Assembly (NCBI GenBank): GCA_002104945.1
Contig: MCFH01000020.1
Span: 186,001 to 250,000 of the forward strand
Direction of reading: 5' to 3'
Length of the DNA stretch: 64,000 nt
Origin: Piromyces finnis finn
Lineage: Eukaryota; Fungi; Neocallimastigomycota
The notes beneath the pieces are model-generated. The model searched no databases, had not been told where the DNA came from, and saw only the letters and a program-made list of their open reading frames with translations. Positions within the stretch are counted from its first letter, which is position 1, and each line of letters begins with the position of its first letter. Of the stretch, positions 53,601 to 64,000 are shown piece after piece. Made by a program: the position numbers and the translations under genes.

Positions 53601-54540
53601 TTATTAGAATATGAAAATTAATGAAATTTATCTATGATTATATTTTATATATTATTAACCTAAACATATAAATTTATTTTATATATAATAAAACAAAACA
53701 AAAAAAAAAAAAGACTATGAACAATATTATCAACAACAATTCCAAATGCAATTTCAACTTCAACTTCAATTACAACTTCAACAACTACAAAATGAACAAT
53801 TATTATTACAACAATACCATCAACAACAATTACCACAAGAAAATACACCATTATCTACTATGAATTTATCATCACCATTTTCATTAATCCCAAACACCGC
53901 TTTTAATAATAATCATCATCATGATAATAATACTAATGACAATTATAAAAGTAATACTACTAATAATAATAATTACCCATTGGATAATGACAGTAATAAT
54001 AAATCTAATACAATTAATGATAATAACAGCAGCAACAACATTAACAATAATGATGCTGATGACAATATTAAAAATAAAAGGAATGAAGATAATAACAATA
54101 CAGGTTCTACCTCGCCTCTTATGACATTTTCTTCTCCAACACTATCATCAAATTCCTTTCTTCCATTGATGATGTCAAATTTCAATAGTGAATTAATGAA
54201 CTTCACCCAAAAAACACCTGAGAAAGAAAAACCAGGAAATTCAACAAAAGATACTACAAATGAAAATAGTCATAGAACTATCAAAATTAAAACAGAAAGA
54301 AAAAGGGAGGATCATGATTCAACGCAAGATCAAACTTCTTTTCTTGATTATCAATTTTCTACTCCTTCCACGTCAAAAAATATTAAAACTTCACTTGATT
54401 CATTATTTCAAACAGATTTACAAGAATTAATGGAAAATAAATATATTAACTTATCACCATCAAATAAAATTTCTACCACTGCTACATTAAAAAACGAGAA
54501 ATCTCTATCTCCTGAATCTATTACAATTAAAAAAGATTAA
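50634..54540 (+). CDS. bZIP transcription factor, CYS3/MetR-like basic region, with Asn- and Gln-rich regions; about 4 exons
   Basis: KRKRNTEASARFRARKKQKEQ...KIKWLEELL resembles the Neurospora CYS3 / Aspergillus MetR bZIP. The flanking ORFs are joined by GT-AG introns. Confidence 0.75.
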
Positions 54541-54955
54541 TTATTTTTACTTTTATATTCGTTTTTTTTTTCCATTGTTATTTAGTATAGTTTTATTAAA
54601 AGAAAAAAAAAAATCCTATATTATTATTCCAATAATATTACTCTAAATAGTAAATAATAAAAAAATATTTATACAATAAATCATTTTTTTTTCCATCATT
54701 TTAAAATAAGACTTTTAAATGGTATTTAATAAAAAAATTAACACTTTCAACACTTTATATTTTCTACACAATAAACTTTCAATTTATTTTTTTTACATTT
54801 TTTTATTTATTTTTTATTCTTTATACATTTTTATTTTTATATTATAAACAGAAACAAAGAGACACATAATTACCTAAATAAATTAAAATAATATAATAAT
54901 TAATAATCTTATTAATTTTTTATTTATAATAATAAAATATCAATTTTAAATAATA

Positions 54956-55034
54956 TCAGTAATAAGTTTAAGGTAGCTAGTGGTTTTTCGTCATTTCCAA
55001 AAAGGAAAATAAAGTCAAATGCCTAAGTCATCAT
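54956..55034 (-). ncRNA. Box C/D snoRNA, snR13/SNORD15-like (copy 1)
   Basis: Minus strand AUGAUGA...CUGA, 79 nt. Guide AGGCAUUUG is complementary to LSU rRNA CAAAUGCCU, and a second element GCUACCUUAA is complementary to adjacent rRNA UUAAGGUAGC. 18-bp perfect terminal stem (54938-54955 / 55036-55053). Confidence 0.88.
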
Positions 55035-55213
55035 TTATTATTTAAAATTGATACTTTTATTACATTCATCTATTCACCTTATTCAAGAATTATCCTTAAC
55101 ATATAAACACAGTCTTTTTCTTCCTATTTATATTTAAAATATCTTTTAAAAAAAATTATTAGCTACTATATTCAAATTTTTTATTATTAAATATTTTGTT
55201 TGTAATATTTATT

Positions 55214-55292
55214 TCAGTAATAAGTTTAAGGTAGCTAGTGGTTTTTCGTCATTTCCAAAAAGGAAAATAAAGTCAAATGCCTAAGTCATCCT
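55214..55292 (-). ncRNA. Box C/D snoRNA, snR13/SNORD15-like (copy 2)
   Basis: Same 79-nt core with box C variant AGGAUGA; 16-bp perfect terminal stem (55198-55213 / 55294-55309). Confidence 0.88.
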
Positions 55293-55488
55293 TAATAAAT
55301 ATTACAAACTTTTTAAATCTTACAATTTAAATCAATATTCACCTTTTCCATTTTTATAAATAAGGAAATTTTTACTTTCAATCCACCATTTTTTCTTTCA
55401 CCTATTTATAAATGATATATAATTGGTAATTAATTTTACTCTAGCAATTATAATTAATTTATATTATTTGGATTTTTGATTTATATTT

Positions 55489-55567
55489 TCAGTAATAAGT
55501 TTAAGGTAGCTAGTGGTTTTTCGTCATTTCCAAAAAGGAAAATAAAGTCAAATGCCTAAGTCATCCT
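55489..55567 (-). ncRNA. Box C/D snoRNA, snR13/SNORD15-like (copy 3)
   Basis: Same 79-nt core with box C variant AGGAUGA; 15-bp perfect flanking stem (55470-55484 / 55572-55586). Confidence 0.88.
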
Positions 55568-56340
55568 TTACATAAATCAAAAATCCTTCTATTTATACTA
55601 TATTATTGATATATTTAATATTTACCTTTTATTCTATGTATATTTAATTATTATATTTATATACATATTTATACGTTCTTGTGAAAATAAATAGTAAACT
55701 TTTTCAAATTTTTTTTCATTTTATATACTAAAATCATTAATAAAAATATAAACCAATCATAACAAAATTTAAACTTACTATTAACCAATAATAAATTCTT
55801 CAGATTTGATAATGAAGAATTTATTTTAATATCAAGTATGAAATTACAAAACTTTAGTTACAGAAAAAATAAATGTAATTTTTATTAGTATTTTATATAC
55901 ATGTACACATCTTTATCTATTTTCTATAATTATATTTTAAGTTGTTAATATTATTTCAAATAAAGTCTCAATTATTATACTAATTAAGAAATATTTTATA
56001 GAAAAAAAAATATTAAAAATGTTATATAATAAAAATTTTTTCCAATATTTTCTAAAAGGTTTTTTCATTTTGTTAAAGTAACATAGAAAATAAAAATAGT
56101 AATGTATACATAAATTGATATGTATACATTTATTTAGAAGTAAATATTACCATTTATTTTTAGACGAGATATGATGTCTCCAATGAATAATATAAACTTT
56201 TTTATAAAATTGAACAAATAAATTTTTTTTTAAAATAAATGTAAATCTATGAAACTAATTATTAAACCTATCAAAAAATAGTTTCATAGAGCTATTAATG
56301 GTAATGATTATTTTTGTGAAAAATGTTGTGAGATCATCTA

Positions 56341-56437
<97 letters not shown>
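56341..56437. repeat. (TAT)n / (AAT)n microsatellite of about 32 units; possibly the 3' tail of the resident retroelement
   Basis: Direct reading; lies at the distal end of the retroelement 3' region on the minus strand. Confidence 0.85.
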
Positions 56438-56439
56438 GA

Positions 56440-57082
56440 TGAGACTATTTGAGTGATTTTTGTCAAGATATTTGAATAATTGAGTTTTTTTTTTTTTTTT
56501 TTTTTTTTTTGACTAGGGAGAAAATACACTTTTTATGTTTATTTATTTGTAATTTTACATTATATTAGGTGATAATCCATATTGATATAATAAGTAATAA
56601 ATTAAAATAAAAATAAAATAATTAGTTTCAAAAAAGTTCAATTAACTATGCAATTTGTACTGAGTAGAACTAGTCCCTTCCTAACATGGTAAATAAAATA
56701 ATAAAGAAAAGTAACATCAGGTATGATAGTGTAGGTAGTGCAATTGGATGAGGTCATTGTAATATTTAATATTGGGCATTCGGTTAACCAATATTTTTTT
56801 TGTTTTCTCTTTAACAGCATCAAGTATTTTTAAACTATATTATTAATTTAATACATGTTATAAAACTACGAAATTAAAAATAAAAATTAAAATAAAAAAA
56901 ATATGTTTAAATAAACACAAATGAATAAAAATGGAGTATAATGTATTCTACTACTAAAGTATAATAATTGTATTTGACTTCGAATGTAACACCGAGCCAA
57001 AGATCAAAATTTTATCATGGAATAAAATTATGATCTCCATTGGTTGCGCTGGCCCTCCTGGCCTGTCTTACTGTTTCTTCAG

Positions 57083-57086
<4 letters not shown>
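56440..57086 (-). mobile_element. 3' remnant of an older related copy of the same LINE family (ORF end plus 3' UTR); its 5'-most part is at 58999-59122; left boundary approximate
   Basis: 56815-57086 is a diverged paralogue of the inner element's 3' end (57136-57431), and 59111-59122 (gacgctcttgga) continues the same sequence. Confidence 0.7.
56975..57086. repeat. 112-bp perfect direct repeat, left copy (putative long target-site duplication)
   Basis: Identical base by base to 58999-59110; the inner homologue at 57320-57431 differs at 6 positions. Confidence 0.9.
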
Positions 57087-57123
<37 letters not shown>

Positions 57124-58998
57124 TTTTTTTTTTTTAACGGCATCAAATATTTTAAACTTTATTATTAATTTAATTAAAATTATAATACATGTAATATAAA
57201 AATTAAAATAAAATAAAAATAAAAAAAATATGTTTAAATAAACACAAATGAATAAAAATTCTAGTAATTTTAATTAAAATAAGAAAGCCACTATTATACT
57301 AAAGTATAACAATTGTATTTGACTTCCAATAGGACACCGAGCCAAAGATCAAAATTTTGTCATGGAACAAAATTATGATCTCCATTGGTTGCGCTGGCCC
57401 TCCTGGCCTGTCTTACTGTTTCTTCAGCATTGACGCTCTTGGATGTTGCTTCAAACCTTTTGAACATTGTCCATTGCTGGCCAATAGCAAAAGGCATGAT
57501 TTTGGTTAGAAGTTCCGCGGTTACTGTCAAGAATGGTGTTCCTTCGTTAGTACCAGATTGAATCTGACGCTTACAAAGTTCTTTCCATTCCCTTGAATTG
57601 TAATTAATATTGTTAAAACTTCTTCCCCCAAGAAGGAATTTAAATATTTCACTGCACACACTAGAATAATCATACACATTAATATTCACCGGATTATTAG
57701 AACTATTACTATCATTAACTAAATTACTATCTAAATTAGAATTATTATCTTCACTATTGCTATCATTACTAATATTATTATTTCTATTATTGTTATTATT
57801 ACTATTGTTACTATTACTATTGTTACTATTACTATTGTTATTACTACTATTGTTACTATTACTATTAATGTTATTACTATCTCTACTGATATTATCAATT
57901 TCATTATTATTGATAGGACTATCGGAATTACGTTGACTGAAAAAATTTAATAGCTGGACTATAGAATCATAATGTTTAATACGGATATCTCTAAATGTTG
58001 GACAATCTAATAACCAATGTTTAATACTTTGATCTCCACACTTGCAACATGGACAGTAGTTAGGACAAACTGGATCAACAAATTTGGCAGCTTTGGCAAC
58101 TCTAGCATCCAACTTGTATCCGCTTCTTGCTTTCAATAGCCAGTAGAAGCCATAGGCAAACTCTGGGTACTCATAACATAATTTAATAAAATCTTTAGTT
58201 TCAATAAATTTATTATCATCATAATATTGCGCTTTGATTGAATTCCCTTTGAGATCTTTCCAATAAAAGTTTTTAACTGCTTTAACATCTCCATGTTTCT
58301 TTAATTTTTTATCAAGTGTCCTACTTGATTTGCACCACGTGTATTTTCTAAATTTAGGAATGTAATTGACAAGGTGTGAGATAATACAATTTGAGTTTTT
58401 CCATTTGTTAAAACATCTAACCTGAGCTAACGCACAATTGGCTGACAATGGAGGAATATTCAAATCTTTTGAGATAGAGTATAAAGATATAAACGATACA
58501 GCTTTATGAACTCCGGCAACCCATCGTATTCCTTTGTTAACATGCTTCTGAGCAATCCTAGACCTAGCTTTGTTGGATCCAAGTAATGGTGCAAAGTATG
58601 AAACTCTGCTAATCACTTGTGAGTTAAGTACTAGTTTTTTGAAAGGAATAGGAATATTAGGATTTCTTAAGAATTTACTGACTGAGAATAGCCCTTTCAA
58701 AACCTTGTTATTAAGATCTTTAATTACTGGTTTAAGGGACAGATTCTTATCAAATGGAACACCAAGATAAGTATAGCAATCAGTAGTTGGAATGGGTTGT
58801 CCTGCTAAGTAAAATGTTGGATCTCTCTTGTTCTGATTTTCTATTGATTCAGGACGAATCACCATCGTTGAACATTTCTGGATACCAAATTCCATTTCAT
58901 TATACAATGCCCATTCATTAACTCTTCTAAGCATCTTTTTTAAGCATCCTCTTGTTGGAGCACAAATAACTATATCATCTGCAAAAAGTCCACCACAG
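57087..58998 (-). mobile_element. 5'-truncated non-LTR retrotransposon (LINE-type): C-terminal RT from the FADD motif, Cys/His zinc knuckle, 3' UTR and poly(A)
   Basis: GLFADDIVICAPTRGCLKKML...MEFGIQKCSTMVI...YTYLGVPF; CPCCKCGDQSIKHWLLDC and LLGG; poly(A) (T-run about 57087-57135 on +); no endonuclease or RT N-terminal half; ORF uninterrupted. Confidence 0.9.
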
Positions 58999-59110
58999 TG
59001 ACTTCGAATGTAACACCGAGCCAAAGATCAAAATTTTATCATGGAATAAAATTATGATCTCCATTGGTTGCGCTGGCCCTCCTGGCCTGTCTTACTGTTT
59101 CTTCAGCATT
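58999..59110. repeat. 112-bp perfect direct repeat, right copy
   Basis: Identical to 56975-57086; abuts the truncated RT 5' end. Confidence 0.9.
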
Positions 59111-59757
59111 GACGCTCTTGGAACCTATTTTTATTTTCATCTAGTTTACTTATATATATACATTTTAAAGGATGACCCTTCATTTTTTTTTTTTTTTTAA
59201 AAAACACAAAAAAAAAATAGAAATCAATATTAGTTTTATATAATTTTTTATATTTTAAAAAAATTCTTATTTTATTTAGATTTTTTTTTCTTAAATGTTT
59301 TTTCTTCAATAATATATTAGTATAAATTATATATTTATATATACAAAACTATGAAAATATTTTTTTAAATAAAAATTATTCTCATATCTTCTAAAAAAAA
59401 AAAAAAAAAGTTCATATTATCCAAATTTAATTAATATGAAAAAAATTAAATTATTAATATTTTTTATTATTAACATCTAGATAAATTAAATTAAAAATAA
59501 TTTTCTTTAATTTTTGTTTTTTGTTTTGTTTTTGTTTTAATTACTAACTATATAAAAATAAGAATGAATTCGCTTTAGTGAATTTTTTTTAGGAAATTTA
59601 TTTTTGGTTTAATGATTTGTTTTAATTTTCTAATTTTTGAATGATTAATATTATATTATTAATATAAAATAAATAATAAATTTGATTTTTATAAATTTAT
59701 GAAAAAGGAGTAGCTAATTATCTCTTTTTTTTTCATTTTTTCTGAAATATAAATTAC

Positions 59758-61610
59758 TTAAGATCTATTTTCAAGGATAGCCTTAGAAACCTTAGTTGGT
59801 CCAAAGAAGTTGGCATCATCCTTTTCTGGGTAATCTAAAGTGTAGTGTAAACCACGAGATTCCTTTCTACGAAGAGCACTTTCAACAATAAGGTATGCAA
59901 CATCAGCAATATTTCTTAATTCAAGGATATCTGGAGTAACCTTGTATTGCCAGTAGTATTCTTGAATTTCACTACGTAATAATTCTAATCTTCTCTTGGC
60001 ACGTTGAAGTCTCTTGTTGGTTCTGACAATACCAACATAGTTCCACATGAACTTTCTAACTTCTTCCCAATTGTGGTAAACTAATACAATTTCATCATTA
60101 GTAACAGCCATACCTGGATCCCAGGATGGTGGGGAAAGATTAGTTGGAGCATCCTTGATAAGTTCCTTGGCTAATTCAGAAGCACGATGACCGTAGACAA
60201 GACCTTCTAAGAGAGAGTTAGAAGCTAAACGGTTAGCACCGTGTAAACCAGTGTATGAACATTCACCAATAGCTAAAAGATGTGGAATAGTGGTTTGACC
60301 ATGGGTATCAACAACAATACCACCACACATGTAGTGAGCAGCTGGAACGACTGGAATTGGTTCCTTAGTCATATCAATATTGAATTCAAGACATTTTTGG
60401 TAGATAGTTGGGAATCTTTCATGAATAGTTTCAGCTGGTAAATGAGTCATATCTAAGTAAACACATTGGTCACCAGTACGTTTCATTTCAGCATCAATAG
60501 CTCTAGCAACAACATCACGTGGAGCTAAAGCACCCATTGGGTGGTATTTTTCCATAAAGGTTTGACCATTCTTTAACTTTAATTGACCACCTTCACCACG
60601 TAAAGCTTCACTAATTAAGAAACTCTTAGCTTTTGGATGGTATAAACAGGTTGGGTGGAATTGATAGAATTCCATGTTAGCAATTTCAGCACCAGCACGG
60701 TAAGCCATAGCAACACCATCACCAGTAGCAACATCTGGGTTAGAGGTATATAAGTAGGTCTTACCAGCACCACCAGTAGCTAAAGTAACAACACCTATTA
60801 TTCATTAAATTTTTTATAAGCAGTTTTAGTTATTTTGTTTAAGTATTAAAATTTTATAAATCTTTTTATTTTGTTTTTAACACTTACCACCTAAGAAGGT
60901 ATCAATTTCACCATTTTCTCTTAAGACATAGGCACCAATACAACGGTTGGAAGAAGAGTGACCAATCTTTCTTTCAGTAATAAGATCAACAGCCATACTG
61001 TTAGAGAAGAAAGTAATGTTCTTTTCAGCTTCACAGGTAGCAAGTAAAGTTCTTTGAACTTCAGCACCAGTGGCATCAGCAGCATGAGCAACACGGTAAG
61101 TTGAGTGACCACCTTCTCTGGTTAAATCTAATTTGTCATCATCACCCTATAAAATATTTACAATTTATTAGATATTAGTATTCATAGGTTTTCCTTTTTT
61201 TTACATATTTTAAAATTTTTATAATTATTATTATTTATAAAGATATAAACTCAATTATTTTTTTATTAATTTTACTGAATTATACTAATAATTTTTACCT
61301 TTGTGTGTGTGAAATTGGCACCAAATGAAATAAGTTCCTTAATATAAGCTGGACCTTCAGTAACACAAAGTTTGACAGCTTCTGGATCGTTAATGAAACA
61401 ACCAGCAGTCATAGTATCCTTAATATGGGCTTCAAAAGTATCATTATCAGAAAGAACGGCAGCAATACCACCTTGAGCATAATTAGTAGCACCTTCAGTT
61501 AAAATACTCTTGGTTAAAACAGCAACAGTACCAACTTTTGAACAGTTGAGAGCAAAAACAAGACCAGCAACACCACCACCAATAACTAAGAAATCGTATT
61601 TACGTTCCAT
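59758..61610 (-). CDS. nadB: L-aspartate oxidase (de novo NAD synthesis), bacterial type; 3 exons (61610-61299, 61146-60888, 60794-59758)
   Basis: [15 protein letters not shown] motif, [79 protein letters not shown]; two in-frame GT-AG introns. Confidence 0.95.
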
Positions 61611-64000
61611 TGTTGAATATAAAAGAATACTATTTTATAAAAATATAAAAAAAAATTAGTATTAATTATAAAACGGTATTTATATCTTATCCTTTATTTT
61701 ATTTTTTTCGTTATTATTTATCATTTTATTCCAAATATTTAACAAATTTTAGTAATTTGTCTTTATTTTTAAATTATTATATTTCAAATATTGCTTAAAT
61801 ATTTGTATTAAATATTATCTGTATTTATAACTTTTTCATAGAAAAAACCATTTATTTAAATTTTACATTTTAACTTTTATTTTTTTTGTATTATATTTGT
61901 AACGACTTTATTAACCACTATTAACCATTAAATAATATATTTTTATTCATTATCAATAACCAATAATTTATTATACTTTAAAAACCCATATTCCCTATTC
62001 CTTTTTTTAACTATGTATTATTTTTTATTTTATTTTTCTTCCTTTCATTATTTTCATCTTTACTTTATTTGAAGTTTCCGAATTTCTACTTACTTTGAAT
62101 TATATTAAAAAATGTTTTCTAATAAGTAATAAATCTATATAATCTAGATTTTACTTTATATGGTAAAATCGACCTTTTTTTAACAAAATAAATAAAAGTT
62201 TTAATATTATTTTTTTAAATAAATTTATTCTTTTTTAATAGTACTAAAGAAGAATAAAAATTTGATTTTTTTTATTTCTAAATATAAAAATAATATATAG
62301 AAATATATATATTTTAAATATCTATTTTTACTATTACTATTAAAAGTAGTTTCGTAAATATTAAAAAATTAAATTTATAAAAAAAAAAGATGATGAAATT
62401 TTTGTTTTTATATATGTTTTGAGATTTTTTAATATATTCTTGGATGCCTATAAAAATATTAATAATTTTTTATTAATATGACTTTGTATTATTTATATTT
62501 ATATATAATTCTATAATCCATTTATAATTAGTATGAATAAATACTATTTAATTTTATTTCAATATAAAAGAATGTATTGACATTATATATAAACATTGTA
62601 TTATAATATATTGTATTTTTTAAATATCATTTTTAGTTGATTATTGATCAATTTTTACACAACTCCTAACCTTTAAAAGAATAGTTTAATCATTTAATTT
62701 ATAAATTGTATCTTGGTAAAGAACACATGGATGCATGTGATTAATTAATATATGATTGGAAACTCTATTAAAGTATGGCATAAATAGATTTTAGATTAAT
62801 CAAATAATTTCATATGTGTATCTTTGTATTACACTAAATATAAAAATAATAATTAAATAATATATTTGGTAATATATTATTAAATGTGATTCTTTATATT
62901 CATTATATTTCTATTTAAATTAATATTTTTAAAAAAAAACATTTTTGATTTCTATAAAGAAAATTACAATAAAAAAATCAGTAATTTAATCATGTTAAAT
63001 AGAAAAAAAAAAGGGTCTTCTTTGTTAAAGTCATGGCGTTGACATTTTATAGAAATGCTTCTTTTTTATTATATCTAATTATTTTTTTTATAATATTTAT
63101 TATAGGGTATTTTTTTTATTAAATAATAAATTATAATTCTACCTCTAAAAATAAATGATTTATTAATATAAAATTTTACAAATAAATTTTCCGTATAACA
63201 AATTTATTCTAATGATTAGTAATTACCCAAATTAAGAAAAAGAGTACTAACAAACAAATTTTGTAAAAATTTTATTTTCCTATTTCTTTTTTTTTAAAAA
63301 AAAAAAACACTATTAATACTACTTCAATAGATTATTTTTTTCTTTCTTAATTATTAAAAGTTCTCTAAATGTTAATAAGGTCTTTTAAATCTTTTATACT
63401 TAGCATTTTATATAGGAAACTAAAAATCAAAAATAGAATAAAAATTGAAATATTGTAAAATTATAATTGTTTTTAATATATTATTCAATATATTATAAAT
63501 ATATTTATGTATAAATGGTTTTAATTGAAATTTTGAATCATTAATTTCATATTAATATTAGGAAGAATAATAAAATAATTTATTTATTAATATACCTAAA
63601 AAAGATTTACATAGGTTACATTTAATTAAATGTTTTTTAATATGTTTTCAATAAAAAGAATTACTTTATCACATATTATAAATATAATTTAATATATGAT
63701 GGTTCCATAAATAAAAAGTATTATTCAAAGTCTTCTTTATTCATTTCATTAAACAAGGAACCAACCACTACCACAGGCTTTTACTTTTAAACTCTAGTAG
63801 TTTGTCATGAGACTTAAACAAGGCATGAAAAAAAATATTTTCTATAGGCAATGAGAGTGAAACCAATATTTATTTTGGTTTTAATGCAAAAAAAAAAAAA
63901 AAAAAAAGCATGACTAATAATTTTATGTATAATCCATTTTATATTGTAAAAAATACTAACACCTCAATATTTAGCCTAATTTGTAGTTAGCATAAAGTAT

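Larger units (their letters stand above)
54800..55640 (-). ncRNA. Putative non-coding snoRNA host gene with three snoRNA-bearing introns (55625-55402, 55342-55124, 55077-54874); ends approximate
   Basis: Each snoRNA lies between a minus-strand AG|GTAAAT or AG|GTGAAT donor and a TAG acceptor. The intervening exons are 59 and 46 nt, and the longest ATG-ORF I found in the spliced exons is 17 codons. Confidence 0.7.

Noticed and set aside
54956-55567. Three direct repeats with unique spacers read as a CRISPR array
   Set aside because: Eukaryotic context, 79-nt repeats with ~180-195-nt spacers, no cas genes; box C/D motifs and rRNA complementarity explain them as snoRNAs.
57380-57445. Hammerhead or HDV-like ribozyme in the retroelement repeat (CTGAAGA, ggccctcctggcc)
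   Set aside because: No stem II followed by GAAA and no complete nested pseudoknot could be built by eye.
59000-59024. MARCYIRSH as the true start of the RT ORF
   Set aside because: These codons come from the 112-bp repeat fused to an RT truncated just before FADD; RT domains upstream and the endonuclease are missing.
56334-59145. tcatcta as TSD of the older resident element
   Set aside because: Only 7 bp in AT-rich DNA, and the right-hand copy is not adjacent to the element boundary.
1-64000. tRNA or rRNA genes
   Set aside because: No T-loop GTTCRA within a cloverleaf and no long GC-rich rRNA-like segment; the only rRNA-like words are the snoRNA guides.

Overview
Extremely AT-rich, intron-containing eukaryotic DNA. 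The gene content (CotH with fungal dockerins, class C GPCR with a solute-binding ectodomain, flagellar ARMC4, bacterial-type nadB) points to an anaerobic gut fungus (Neocallimastigomycota). I can support about 13 protein-coding genes: dockerin-CotH, SBP-GPCR, PLRG1/Prp46, PRL phosphatase, a qRRM protein, a SUN-domain protein, GNAT, a second GPI-type CotH, ARMC4/ODAD2, TOE1-like deadenylase, TIP41, a CYS3/MetR-like bZIP, and L-aspartate oxidase. Two features are invisible in the ORF track. (1) A minus-strand, apparently non-coding host transcript at about 54.9-55.6 kb carries three near-identical snR13/SNORD15-like box C/D snoRNAs, one per intron, each closed by its own different 15-18 bp perfect terminal stem. 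(2) A 5'-truncated LINE-type element at 57.1-59.0 kb sits inside the 3' end of a related copy, is flanked by a perfect 112-bp direct repeat, and has a covarying hairpin at its stop codon. A candidate uORF lies upstream of PRL. All homology calls come from recognising motifs by eye; no searches were run, and exon boundaries were inferred manually.
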